Below the pieces are notes generated by a model. It did not search any database and was not told where the DNA came from. It saw nothing but the letters and a program-made list of their open reading frames with translations. Below are positions 8,281-18,004 of a stretch of 64,000 bases of DNA, piece by piece. The DNA lies in contig CAWGVS010000005.1 in the NCBI GenBank assembly GCA_963826115.1, positions 288,001 to 352,000 on the forward strand. The letters run 5' to 3'. Origin of the DNA: an uncultured Candidatus Rokubacteria bacterium (GTDB taxonomy: Bacteria; Methylomirabilota; Methylomirabilia; Rokubacteriales; DASRDR01). The translations under genes were made by a program, and so were the position numbers. Within the stretch, counting starts at the first letter, position 1, and each line of letters opens with the position of its first letter.

Positions 8281-9051
8281 TCACCGGGGCGGAGGCGCGT
8301 CGAGCTCCGCCCCGGCCAGGAATCGCTGGATCGCCTCGGACGAGATGACGAGCGTCTCGCCCGGCACAGGGATCTCCATGACCCGGCCGGGCGCATCGCG
8401 CGCGGCGATCTGCGCGGTGCGGTAGCCCTCGACGACGCCGACCAGCTCGCCGGTCTCGGCGTCGAACACCCCGGCGCCGCTGGCGCCGTAGCTCACCGTC
8501 GTGTCCACGAGCCGCACCGGGCCCTCGGTCGCGGTCGTCTCCGTGCCGGTGCCCACCTGGCTGACGGTGCCGCTGGCGAGCGTCATCCGGCGGCCGCGGG
8601 GGAACGCCACCACCCACACGTCGTCGCCGAGGTGCGCGGTCTCCCGCCGCCGCGCCGGCGGCAGCACGAGGTCCGGCACCAGGAGGAGCGCCAGGTCCAG
8701 CTCGCCGTCCGCGCGCACGACGGTGGCGGGGAACCGCTCGGCCGCGCCGGTCGTCCGGACGTGGATGGTCTCCGGGACGGGCGGGGCGACGAAGTGGCCT
8801 GCCGTGAGGATCCAGGTGCACCGGCGGTCGGGATCCGACGCGATCACGACACCCGATGCCGCGCGGCGTCCACCGCCGGGACGCTCCGCCAGGAGCTGGA
8901 CGGCGGAGGGGAGGACGCTCCGGAGGACCTCCGCGCGGACCGGTGAGCGGGACGCCGTCGCGCATCCCGCCGTCAATACGAGCGCGGCGACGACTGCGAG
9001 CGCGATCCGTTCATCGACCGGTCGTCTCACGCGGCCCTCCTGCTTTCCCAC
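8281..9051 (-). CDS. Trypsin-like (S1) serine protease, probable lipoprotein
   Basis: LTAG|C lipobox; TAGH, DLALL, GASGAG catalytic-triad motifs; start uncertain. Confidence 0.8.
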   Translation of the reverse strand: MGKQEGRVRRPVDERIALAVVAALVLTAGCATASRSPVRAEVLRSVLPSAVQLLAERPGGGRRAASGVVIASDPDRRCTWILTAGHFVAPPVPETIHVRTTGAAERFPATVVRADGELDLALLLVPDLVLPPARRRETAHLGDDVWVVAFPRGRRMTLASGTVSQVGTGTETTATEGPVRLVDTTVSYGASGAGVFDAETGELVGVVEGYRTAQIAARDAPGRVMEIPVPGETLVISSEAIQRFLAGAELDAPPPR

Positions 9052-9086
9052 GGGCCAGCAAGCCCAGCTCGATCGGGCTGGAGGGA

Positions 9087-9102
9087 TGCTAGCAGAGTGC
9101 CA
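9087..9102 (-). promoter_or_regulatory. Possible sigma54 (-24/-12) promoter
   Basis: TGGCACTCTGCTAGCA (GG-N10-GC) upstream of the protease gene. Confidence 0.35.
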
Positions 9103-9138
9103 AGTCGGACCGACAAGGAAACCTGGCCGGGCCCTCGG

Positions 9139-10209
9139 TCAGGGCGTCGCCCCGGCGCGCTGCCTGATGAGCTCGTCGAACGGCCCGGAGATCCGGACGA
9201 TCTCGTTCACGGGCCAGGCCCCCTGGTTGATCGTGGCGACGAAGAGGTCGCCGGCGATCCCCGCCCGGCGCGTCTCCGGTGTGTCTGGGGCGAAGGCCAG
9301 CCCGCGCGGCGCGTCCCCCTGGCTGTAGGCCGCGAACGGGACGCGCCGCCCGTCCGGCGTGACGACGAACAGCTCGGCGCCCTGGCGATCGGCGACGAAG
9401 AGGTGGCCGCCCGGCGTCGCGGCGATCGACGCCGGGATCGGGCCCCGCAGGAGCAAGGCCGGCGACCCGTCCGGCGTCACTCGCCAGACCTCGCCCGGGC
9501 CCTGCTGCCACGGCGCCTCGGCGTTCGCGTCGGCGCCGATCCACAGGGCGTCGGACGCGTCCATGGCGAGGACCCGCGGGCGCTGCACCGAGACGTAGCG
9601 CGGGTCCAGGACGCGGCCGCCGGGGTCGAGACGGAGGACACGCCCCGCCTCCCGGTCGGCGACGTAGAGCCGTCCGGCCGAATCGACCGCAACGCCCTCC
9701 GGCTGGCGGAGGAGCGGCGTCTGGTCGCGAGGGGGCGTTCCGCCCGCGAACAGCTCGGCGCGCCCGTCGATCATGCGATAGAGGACGCCGAGCCGGCGGT
9801 CACGGTCGAACGTCGTCACGAACAGCTCGAGTCCCGATCGGACGGAGGCGATCTGGGCGTTCCGGAGGGGCGGCCCGTAGAGGTACCGGGACTCGGTGTC
9901 GGGGGTGATCCGGCCTCCGCCCGGAGGCACGCGATAGACGGGCGCGAGGTCGTCCGTCTCGCCCGTCTGGTAGCGGCCGCCGGTTCGGGCGAGGTAGAGA
10001 CTCCCGGTCCGGTCGAACACGAGCGTCGAGGTGGAGGGGATGCCGCGCGACGCGCGCCCCGTGGCGAACCCTTGCCCCGAGACGTAGACCTCCTTCGCGA
10101 AGCCCGCGGGCAGCCGGATCTCGGCCGAGACGCCCGTCGCGACGAGGGCGAGGGTGACGAGGACAACCGGGGTGGCCAAGCCTCGGAGCCGGGCGGACGT
10201 TGCGATCAT
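9139..10209 (-). CDS. Secreted beta-propeller (NHL/SMP-30-like repeat) protein
   Basis: Signal peptide; LRQPEGVAVDSAGRLYVADR NHL repeat; GGAGG SD. Confidence 0.75.
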   Translation of the reverse strand: MIATSARLRGLATPVVLVTLALVATGVSAEIRLPAGFAKEVYVSGQGFATGRASRGIPSTSTLVFDRTGSLYLARTGGRYQTGETDDLAPVYRVPPGGGRITPDTESRYLYGPPLRNAQIASVRSGLELFVTTFDRDRRLGVLYRMIDGRAELFAGGTPPRDQTPLLRQPEGVAVDSAGRLYVADREAGRVLRLDPGGRVLDPRYVSVQRPRVLAMDASDALWIGADANAEAPWQQGPGEVWRVTPDGSPALLLRGPIPASIAATPGGHLFVADRQGAELFVVTPDGRRVPFAAYSQGDAPRGLAFAPDTPETRRAGIAGDLFVATINQGAWPVNEIVRISGPFDELIRQRAGATP

Positions 10210-10272
10210 CGCCTCCGCGTGCCTCGCTCTCCAATCAGCACGGTAGTCGACCCGAATGCGGCTCGCAAGCCG

Positions 10273-11109
10273 TCAGTGCGCGCCGGCCGGGACCTGACCG
10301 ACCGCCAGGATGTGGGCGTGCAAGCCCAGGAGCGAGGGCTCGCTCTCGACCGCGCGGGCGGCGACCATGATTTCCCGGCGCCGCTCGGGATCCGCCCAGC
10401 GCGCGGCGAGGTCGGGAAGCGCCCACGCCGGTCCCTCGACCCCGAGGAGGGCGTCCAGCGAGAGCCCCGCCTCGAGGACCTCCGCCCGTAGGTCGTCCGG
10501 ATGGTGAAAGAACGTGGTCGTGAAGTAGTCGTGGGTGGTCGGGTTGCGATGCTGGCCGTCGGCGAGGTCCCGCTCGACGATGGCGCGGAACGCGGGGTCG
10601 GCGAGGAACCCGTCGACGAGTCCCGAGAGGAGCGAGGCGAAGCGTGGGACCCCCGCCGCGAAGACGCGCCCGCCGGGACGGAGGACGCGGCCGGCCTCGC
10701 GGAGGGCCGCGATCCGGTCTCCGCGTTCCGTCAGGTGGTAGAGCGGCCCAAGGAGGAGCACCGCGTCCGCGGATCCCGACGCTTCCTCGAGGCGACGGGC
10801 GTCCCCCACCCGCGCCGCGATCGTCTGGCCGGCCTTCGCGGCCGCGTCCCGGGCCTGGTCCACGTGGAGCGGCACCGCGTCGATCAGGGCGACGCGGTAG
10901 CCCCGCCGCGCAAGCCACACGGCGTACACGCCGGGGCCGCCGCCGACGTCCAGGACCGTCGCGGGCGGGGCGGGGAGCCACCGCTCGAGGATGTCGCAGG
11001 TCCGCGCGAGCTCGAGAAGCCCGTGGCCCTCGCCGAGGCGCGCGGCCTCGCGCCCTCGCGCGTAGTAGGCAAGGGCTTCGGGCGGGAGCGCGGCGGGCGG
11101 CTCGGCCAC
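10273..11109 (-). CDS. Class I SAM-dependent methyltransferase
   Basis: VLDVGGGPG motif I, GDARRL, DAVLLLGPLYHL, RVLRPGG. Confidence 0.9.
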   Translation of the reverse strand: MAEPPAALPPEALAYYARGREAARLGEGHGLLELARTCDILERWLPAPPATVLDVGGGPGVYAVWLARRGYRVALIDAVPLHVDQARDAAAKAGQTIAARVGDARRLEEASGSADAVLLLGPLYHLTERGDRIAALREAGRVLRPGGRVFAAGVPRFASLLSGLVDGFLADPAFRAIVERDLADGQHRNPTTHDYFTTTFFHHPDDLRAEVLEAGLSLDALLGVEGPAWALPDLAARWADPERRREIMVAARAVESEPSLLGLHAHILAVGQVPAGAH

Positions 11110-11262
11110 GGGGCGAGTGTATCGTGGCGTGCCCCGCCCGGCCATGAAGGGCGGCCGCGCGCGTTGACGGCCTCTCCGTCTCCTGACACGATGCCCCGCG
11201 CGGGTGGCGGGACAGGCCGCGCGGCGGCCGATCGGCGCCGACCCGCCCACGGGGAGGAAGGG

Positions 11263-12021
11263 ATGAAGCTCGAGGGAAGGCGCGCCCTGGTGACGGGCGC
11301 GGGGTCCCGCGGCATGGGGCAGGCGATCGCCGAGGCCCTCGGAGCCGAGGGGGCCGACGTGGCCGTCCACTACTACGGCGACGGCGCCGTGGCGCGGGAG
11401 CTGGTCGACCGGCTGCGCGCGTCGGGCCGGCGCGCCGTCGACCTCGGCGCCGACCTCGGCGACCCGACGGTGGCCCGCGCGCTCGTGCGGCGCGCGATCG
11501 ACGCGCTGGGCGGTCTCGACGTCGTCGTGTGCTGCGCCGCGGTCCTCTCCCGGGTGCCGTTCCTCGACCTGACCGACACCGAGTGGGATCGCGTCCACGC
11601 CGTCAACCTCCACGGGTACTTCGCCGTGGGCCAGGAGGCGGCGCGGCACATGGTCGAGCGCGGGGGCGGCGGCCGGATCGTCATGGTGAGCTCGGTGAAT
11701 CAGGTCACCGTGAACCGCGGCATCGCCCACTACGTCGCGACCAAGGGCGGCGTCATGCAGCTCGCCAAGGCGATGGCCCTCGAGCTCGCGCCCAGCGGAA
11801 TCACCGTAAACCTGATCGCGCCGGGGACCGTCGAGACGGACCTGAACCGCGCGTTCCTCGCCGACCCCGAGAATCGGCGGGCGAAGCTCGGCCTGATCCC
11901 CATGGCGCGGATCGGCCGTCCCGAGGACGTCGCGGGCGCGGCGGTGTTCCTGGCGAGCGACGCTGCCGCCTACGTGACCGGCGCGACGATCGTCGTCGAC
12001 GGGGGTCTGACGCTCGAGTGA
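11263..12021 (+). CDS. SDR family NAD(P)-dependent oxidoreductase
   Basis: ALVTGAGSRGMG, YVATK catalytic motif, VNLIAPG, VDGG; GGAGG SD. Confidence 0.93.
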   Translation: MKLEGRRALVTGAGSRGMGQAIAEALGAEGADVAVHYYGDGAVARELVDRLRASGRRAVDLGADLGDPTVARALVRRAIDALGGLDVVVCCAAVLSRVPFLDLTDTEWDRVHAVNLHGYFAVGQEAARHMVERGGGGRIVMVSSVNQVTVNRGIAHYVATKGGVMQLAKAMALELAPSGITVNLIAPGTVETDLNRAFLADPENRRAKLGLIPMARIGRPEDVAGAAVFLASDAAAYVTGATIVVDGGLTLE

Positions 12022-12110
12022 GGGGCGTCCCCCGACAGGGCGATCACCGGCGCCACCGGGTAGAATGAGGGCGCCCGGCCGTCGAGCCGGGCAGACCCGT
12101 GAGGAGGGGC

Positions 12111-13298
12111 ATGGACAGGGAAACGCGGCTGGTGCACGCCGGCCGGGACCCCGAGCGGCAGGAGGGGATCGTCAATCCGCCCCTCTATCGCGCCTCGACG
12201 ATCCTCTATCCGACGATGGCCGCGTACGAGGGCCGCTTCGAGCGCCGGTACACGAGCTACGCCTACGGCATCCACGGCACGCCGACCACGATGGCGCTCG
12301 CCGAGGCCGTGGCGGAGCTCTCCGGGGGCGCCCGGACGGTGCTCCTTTCCTCCGGCCTCTCGGCGGTGACGCAGGCCCTGACCGCTTTCCTCCGGCGAGG
12401 CGACCACCTCCTGATCGCGGACACGGTGTACCAGCCGACCCGCGCCTTCTGCCAGGACGTCCTCGCGCGCTATGGCGTCGACGTCACCTTCTACGATCCG
12501 CGGGTGGGCGCGGACATTGCCGGTCTCATCCGCCCGACGACGCGCGTCGTGTACCTCGAGTCGCCGGGCTCCCAGACCTTCGAGGTCCAGGACGTCCCGG
12601 CGATCGCCGCCGCCGCCCGCGCGCGCGGCGCCGTCGTGATGCTGGACAACACCTGGGCCACGCCGCTCCACTTCCGTGCGTTCGACCACGGCGTCGACGT
12701 CGAGATCCAGGCGCTGACGAAGTTCGTCGCCGGTCACTCGGACCTCCTCCTGGGCGCGGTCACGACGCGGACCGAGGAGCTGTACCGGGCTGTCCGCGAC
12801 GGCGCGTCGACGTTCGGGGACTGCCCGGCGCCCGACGTGTGCTACGAGGCGCTGCGGGGCCTCCGGACACTCGCCGTCCGCCTCCGCCATCACGAGGCCT
12901 CGGCGCTCCGCGTGGCGGAGTGGCTGGCGCGCCGGCCCGAGGTCGCCCGCGTGCTCCACCCGGCGTTGCCGGACGACCCGGGGCACGCGCTCTGGAAGCG
13001 GGACTTCCGCGGCGCGTCGAGCCTGTTCGGCGTGCTGCTGCGCACGGGCTCGGTGTCGGCGGTGGCGGCGATGGTCGACGGCCTCGGGCTGTTCAAGATC
13101 GGCGCAAGCTTCGGGGGCTTCGAGAGCCTGATCGTGCCCGTGCGGCCGGACCGCACGGCGCGACCCTGGCGGGAGCCCGGGTTCCTCCTGCGCTTGCACG
13201 TGGGCCTGGAGACCGTCGAGGACCTGATCGCCGACCTCGAGGCGGGCTTGGCCCGGCTCGGAGCGGCGCTCCAGCATGAGGGGGAGACGCGGAGATGA
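12111..13298 (+). CDS. metC: Cystathionine beta-lyase
   Basis: VNPPLYRAST, ESPGSQTFEVQD, DNTWATP, LTKFVAGHSD PLP-lysine, RGLRTL, SFGGFESL. Confidence 0.9.
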   Translation: MDRETRLVHAGRDPERQEGIVNPPLYRASTILYPTMAAYEGRFERRYTSYAYGIHGTPTTMALAEAVAELSGGARTVLLSSGLSAVTQALTAFLRRGDHLLIADTVYQPTRAFCQDVLARYGVDVTFYDPRVGADIAGLIRPTTRVVYLESPGSQTFEVQDVPAIAAAARARGAVVMLDNTWATPLHFRAFDHGVDVEIQALTKFVAGHSDLLLGAVTTRTEELYRAVRDGASTFGDCPAPDVCYEALRGLRTLAVRLRHHEASALRVAEWLARRPEVARVLHPALPDDPGHALWKRDFRGASSLFGVLLRTGSVSAVAAMVDGLGLFKIGASFGGFESLIVPVRPDRTARPWREPGFLLRLHVGLETVEDLIADLEAGLARLGAALQHEGETRR

Positions 13299-14617
13299 CG
13301 GCGGACGCGGGACAGCCGGCGGTGGCGTTCGAGGGCAGGGCGGAGGGGACCGCGCGCGCGGCGAGCCGCGACGCGTCGCTCCGGGATCGGGCGCGCCGGG
13401 TGATTCCCGGCGGCATGTTCGGCCACCAGAACGCGGCCAGCTGGCCCACCGAGTTTCCGCAGTTCCTCGAGCGCGGGCGGGGATGCCGCATCTGGGACGT
13501 GGACGGCCGCGAGTACCTGGACTTCGTGTGCAGCTTCGGCCCGATCGTCCTCGGCCACGCGCACCCCGCGGTCGAGGCGGCGGTCGAGCGCCAGCGTGGC
13601 CTCGCTGACTGCCAGAACGGCCCGTCCCCCCGGATGGTGGAGCTCGCGGAGCGGCTGGTCGATCTGGTGCCGCACGCGGACTGGGCGCTGTTCCAGAAGA
13701 ACGGCACCGATGCCACGACGCTCGCCCTCTCGATCGCGCGCGCGGCGACGGGCCGGCGGAAGGTCCTGGTCGCCCGCGGGGCCTATCACGGCTCGGCACC
13801 CTGGTGCACGCCGCGGCCGGCGGGGACGACGTCCGAGGACCGCGCCCACCTGATCCACTTCGTCTACAACGACCTGGCGAGCGTCGAGGCCGCCGCGGAC
13901 CAGGCTGGCGGCGACCTCGCGGCGGTGCTGGTGTCGGCGTTCCGCCACGACGCGCGCTTCGATCAGGAGGAGTGCGATCCGGCGTTCGCGCGCGGGATCC
14001 GGGCGCTCTGCGATCGGCGGGGCGCGGCGCTCGTTCTCGACGACGTGCGCGCCGGCTTCCGGCTCCACCTCGGCGGGAGCTGGGAGCCGCTCGGCGTGCG
14101 CCCGGACCTGTCCGCGTACAGCAAGGCCATCGCCAACGGCTACCCGCTGGCGGCCGTTGTCGGCCGGGACTCGCTCCGCGCCGCCGCCCAGCAGGTCTTC
14201 GCGACCGGGTCCTTCTGGTGCGCGGCCGTGCCGATGGCCGCCGCGATCGCGACGCTCGAGGCGCTCGAGGCGGAGCGGGGGATCGAGCGGATGGCCCGCG
14301 CCGGGACGCTCCTCCGCGAGGGGCTCGCCCGTCAGGCGAGGGCGCACGGGCTCCGGGTCCGGCAGACCGGCCCGGTGCAGCTTCCGTTCATGACGTTCAC
14401 CGCCGACGTGGCCGCGGGCACGTTCGACCGCGCGAACCTCTTCACGGGCGAGGCCGCGCGGCGCGGCGTATGGCTCCACCCCTGGCACAACTGGTTCATG
14501 TCGGCGGCGCACACCGAGGCGGACGTGCGGGCGGCGCTGGAGCGGACCGATCCCGCCTTCGCGGCGGTGCGCGCCCGGTTCGGGCCGGACGGGGACGACT
14601 CGGGAGGGCGGGCGTGA
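13295..14617 (+). CDS. Class III PLP aminotransferase (glutamate-1-semialdehyde aminomutase-like)
   Basis: WDVDGREYLD, KNGTDAT, YHG, DDVRAGFR, SKAIANGYP; ATGA overlap with metC. Confidence 0.88.
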   Translation: MTADAGQPAVAFEGRAEGTARAASRDASLRDRARRVIPGGMFGHQNAASWPTEFPQFLERGRGCRIWDVDGREYLDFVCSFGPIVLGHAHPAVEAAVERQRGLADCQNGPSPRMVELAERLVDLVPHADWALFQKNGTDATTLALSIARAATGRRKVLVARGAYHGSAPWCTPRPAGTTSEDRAHLIHFVYNDLASVEAAADQAGGDLAAVLVSAFRHDARFDQEECDPAFARGIRALCDRRGAALVLDDVRAGFRLHLGGSWEPLGVRPDLSAYSKAIANGYPLAAVVGRDSLRAAAQQVFATGSFWCAAVPMAAAIATLEALEAERGIERMARAGTLLREGLARQARAHGLRVRQTGPVQLPFMTFTADVAAGTFDRANLFTGEAARRGVWLHPWHNWFMSAAHTEADVRAALERTDPAFAAVRARFGPDGDDSGGRA

Positions 14618-15537
14618 AGGTCTATGACGGGCTGACGGAGTACGTCGCCTCGGCCGAGGAGGCCGAGCGCCTCCGGCAGACGCTCTATCGCACGGACCTG
14701 TCGGCGCGGGCCACCGTCCTGCCCGGCTACCGGGCCCGCCTCGAGCCGGCCGACCTCGCGCGGTTCCGTGGCCAGGGCTATCTCGCGATGGAGGGCCTCC
14801 TCACGCTCGACGAGGTCGCTCGCTGCGCCGGCGCGCTCGACGACCTCGCCCGCCGGAGGCCGGAGGGCGTCGGCATCCAGGACGAGCCCTACTACCAGAC
14901 GGGTGGCGACGCGTCCCAGGCCGTCCCGCCGGAGCTCCGGGTGCGGAAGCTCTGGAAGTTCGCCGGTGTCGACCCGGTTCTGGGCGGGGCGGTGGCGGCG
15001 CCGCGGATCACCGCGATCCTGGACCAGCTGATCGGCCCCGGCGCGCGAATGATCCAGGACATGGCGCTCATGAAGCCGCCGCACCGCGGCGCCGAGAAGC
15101 CCTGGCACCAGGACAACGCCTACTTCGACTGGACGCCGCTCGACGGCGTGCTCGGCGTGTGGATCGCCCTCGACGCCGCGACGGTGGAGAACGGCTGCAT
15201 GCAGATCGCGCCCGGATCCCACCGGGCGGGGCCCGCGCCCCACTACCACGTGCGCGACTGCCAGCTCGTCGATCAGGAGGCGCGGGTGGCCGGCGCGGAG
15301 GTGGTGCCGCTCGCGCCGGGAGGCGCCCTCTTCTTTTCGGCGCTCCTCCACCACGGGACGCCGCCGAACCGGAGCGTCGATCGTCGGCGGGCGCTCCAGT
15401 TCCACTACGCGGCCGCGCGCTGCACGCGGATGACGTTCCAGGAGCACATGGCGTACTTCGACATCGGCGGGGCCTACGTGGGCTGCCGGGACTGGGACAT
15501 GGACGCCGGCGTATCGCGCGCGAGGCTCTCGCCGTGA
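14614..15537 (+). CDS. Phytanoyl-CoA dioxygenase (PhyH) family Fe(II)/2OG oxygenase
   Basis: WHQD, WIALDAATVENGCM, PGSH, HGTPPNRS...RR motifs; GTGA overlap with the upstream gene. Confidence 0.88.
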   Translation: MKVYDGLTEYVASAEEAERLRQTLYRTDLSARATVLPGYRARLEPADLARFRGQGYLAMEGLLTLDEVARCAGALDDLARRRPEGVGIQDEPYYQTGGDASQAVPPELRVRKLWKFAGVDPVLGGAVAAPRITAILDQLIGPGARMIQDMALMKPPHRGAEKPWHQDNAYFDWTPLDGVLGVWIALDAATVENGCMQIAPGSHRAGPAPHYHVRDCQLVDQEARVAGAEVVPLAPGGALFFSALLHHGTPPNRSVDRRRALQFHYAAARCTRMTFQEHMAYFDIGGAYVGCRDWDMDAGVSRARLSP

Positions 15538-15559
15538 TCGCGGGAACGAGGGGAGCGCG

Positions 15560-15853
15560 ATGAGCCAGCAGGCGCGGGCGACGGTCCAGGCGGACAACGA
15601 GCACGTGAAGGTGACCGAGTGGCGGTTTGCGCCGGGCGAGGCGACCGGCTGGCATCGTCACGGGTACGATTACGTCGTCGTCCCGATGACGACCGGGCCC
15701 CTACGCATCAAGTCCGCCCAGGGCGAGATATCGAACGACATCGTGCCCGGCCAGTCGTACTTCCGGACGGGCGGCGCCGAGCACGACGTGTGGAATCCGA
15801 CCAACCGCGAGGTGGTCTTCGTGGAGATCGAGCTCAAGTCTCTACCGCGATGA
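15560..15853 (+). CDS. Small cupin (BauB-like)
   Basis: VTEWRFAPGEATGWHRHGYDYVVVP...EHDV...FVEIELK. Confidence 0.85.
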   Translation: MSQQARATVQADNEHVKVTEWRFAPGEATGWHRHGYDYVVVPMTTGPLRIKSAQGEISNDIVPGQSYFRTGGAEHDVWNPTNREVVFVEIELKSLPR

Positions 15854-17121
15854 AGCTCACCGGCATCCCCCGCGCGTCGAGCTTCCCGCGGATGGTCCGC
15901 GTGAAGCAGACCTTCCGCGGCCCGACGGTGGAGAACGTGCCCGACGCGGTGCGATCGGCGCTGAGCCGCCTCGCGCTGCCCGTCAAGGCGGGCCAGTCGG
16001 TGGCCCTGACCGTCGGGAGCCGCGGCGTCGTCAACATCGACGCGATCGTCCGCTCGACCGTCGACCACCTGAAGGGGCTGGGGGCCAGGCCCTTCATCAT
16101 CCCCGCCATGGGCAGCCACGGCGGTGGGACGGCGGAGGGCCAGCGGTCGGTCCTCGAGCACTACGGCGTCACCGAGACCACGATGGGCTGTCCGGTGCGC
16201 GCGACGATGGACGTGGTCCAGGTCGGCGAGGCGCTGGGGCTCCCGATCTGGCTCGACCGCTACGCGGCGGAGGCCGACTGGGTCGGCGTGATCAACCGGG
16301 TCAAGCCGCACACCGGCTTCACCGGCGACATCGGCTCGGGCCTCCTCAAGATGATGACGATCGGCACCGGCAAGCACCGCGGGGCCGTCCAGGCCCACCG
16401 GGCGAACATCCGGCTCGGCTACGAGCGCATGATCACCGAGCTCGGCTCGGCGATGCTCCGGAGCGGACGGATCGCGTTCGGGCTCGGCGTGGCCGAGAAC
16501 GGCTACGACGAGACGGCGCTGGTGGAGGCCTTCCTCCCCGACGAGCTCGAGGCCGGGGAGCGCGAGCTCCTCCGGAAGGCGCGCGCCTGGATGGCGAAGC
16601 TGCCGTTCGACCAGGTCGACCTCCTGATCATCGACGAGATCGGGAAGGAGATCTCCGGCACCGGCATGGACACGAACGTGATCGGCCGCCACGCCACGTG
16701 GTTCGAGCGGCCGTTCACGACGCCGCGGGTCACGTTCATCGTGGTGTGCGACGCGACGGCGAACACGTACGGCAACGTCAACGGCATCGGGCTCGCGGAC
16801 TTCACGACGCGCCGCCTGGCCGACAAGGCCGACTGGGAGCCGACCTACGTCAACGCGCTGACCGCCTGCTCGCCCGGCGGCCCCAAGCTCCCCGCGGTGC
16901 TCGACACGACCCGGGAGGCGATCGCGGTGGCGCTGTCGTGCCTCGGCCTCGACCGGCCGGAAGACGCGCGCGCCGTGCGGATCCAGAACACGCTCCGGCT
17001 GACCGAGGTGGAGGTGTCGGAGGCCTTCGCGGGCGACCTCGTTGGTCGCGACGACCTCACGGTCCTCGGCGACCCCGCCGAGATGGCCTTCGGCCCCGAC
17101 GGCGCGCTCCCGCCCTTCTGA
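15850..17121 (+). CDS. Lactate racemase (LarA) N-domain / DUF362-like protein
   Basis: GSRGVVNI, PAMGSHGGGTAEGQ, NRVKPHT, IGKEISGTGMDTNVIGR; ATGA overlap. Confidence 0.8.
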   Translation: MKLTGIPRASSFPRMVRVKQTFRGPTVENVPDAVRSALSRLALPVKAGQSVALTVGSRGVVNIDAIVRSTVDHLKGLGARPFIIPAMGSHGGGTAEGQRSVLEHYGVTETTMGCPVRATMDVVQVGEALGLPIWLDRYAAEADWVGVINRVKPHTGFTGDIGSGLLKMMTIGTGKHRGAVQAHRANIRLGYERMITELGSAMLRSGRIAFGLGVAENGYDETALVEAFLPDELEAGERELLRKARAWMAKLPFDQVDLLIIDEIGKEISGTGMDTNVIGRHATWFERPFTTPRVTFIVVCDATANTYGNVNGIGLADFTTRRLADKADWEPTYVNALTACSPGGPKLPAVLDTTREAIAVALSCLGLDRPEDARAVRIQNTLRLTEVEVSEAFAGDLVGRDDLTVLGDPAEMAFGPDGALPPF

Positions 17122-17124
17122 GCC

Positions 17125-17538
17125 GTGAACCCGCTGGGACTCGAGGTCGGGCAGCGCGCCCGCCGGACCAAGACCGTCACCGCACGCGACGTCGAGCTCT
17201 ACGCGGAGATCACGGAGGACCGGAATCCCCTCCACTTCGACCCCGGGTTCGCCGCGCGCACGAAGTTCGGCCGCCTGGTCGCCCAGGGCGGGATCACCGC
17301 CGGCATGCTGAACGCGCTGGTTGCCATGGACCTGCCCGGCCCGGGCACGGTCTTCATGAGCCAGTCGCTCCGCTACCTCGCGCCGACGTACCTCGGCGAC
17401 ACCCTGACGGCCGAGGTCGAGGTCCTGGCCGTCAAGCCGGACAAGCCCGTCTGCCAGCTCAAGGCGACCATCACCAACCAAAGCGGGACCGTCGTCCTCG
17501 AGGGGGAGTGCTGGACCTACACGCTGAGGCCGGCGTGA
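17125..17538 (+). CDS. MaoC family dehydratase
   Basis: EDRNPLHFD, LPGPGTVFMSQSLRYLAP hot-dog motifs. Confidence 0.9.
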   Translation: MNPLGLEVGQRARRTKTVTARDVELYAEITEDRNPLHFDPGFAARTKFGRLVAQGGITAGMLNALVAMDLPGPGTVFMSQSLRYLAPTYLGDTLTAEVEVLAVKPDKPVCQLKATITNQSGTVVLEGECWTYTLRPA

Positions 17539-17604
17539 GGGCGCGGATCGAGGAGGCTCCAGGCTCGCGCGGACCGCATCGATCAGGAGTCGACGTCTGA
17601 CCCC

Positions 17605-18000
17605 GTGATCCGGCGGCTCGACCACCTCGTCCTGACGACACGCGACCGCGATCGCTGCGTCGACTTCTACACCCGCGTCCTCGGGATGGGGCTCGAGACG
17701 TTCGGCGAGGGGCGTCTGGCCTTCCGCTTCGGAGACCAGAAGATCAACCTCCACGAGGCGGGGCGGGAGTTCGAGCCCAAGGCCGAGCGGCCCACGCCCG
17801 GCGCGCTCGACCTCTGCTTCCTCGCGCGGGAGCCGCTCGACGTGGTGATCCGGCGTCTCGAGGCGGCGGGCGTCCCGATCGAGCTCGGCCCGGTGCCGCG
17901 GACCGGCGCGACGGGCCCGATCCGCTCGGTCTACGTGCGCGATCCCGACGGGAACCTCGTCGAGATCTCGGAGCCCGTCCCACGGTCGGGGCGCTCGTAG
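17605..18000 (+). CDS. VOC (glyoxalase) family protein
   Basis: LDHLVLT, QKINLH, DLCF, GPVPRTGA, SVYVRDPDGNLVEI. Confidence 0.92.
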   Translation: MIRRLDHLVLTTRDRDRCVDFYTRVLGMGLETFGEGRLAFRFGDQKINLHEAGREFEPKAERPTPGALDLCFLAREPLDVVIRRLEAAGVPIELGPVPRTGATGPIRSVYVRDPDGNLVEISEPVPRSGRS

Positions 18001-18004
18001 CGCG

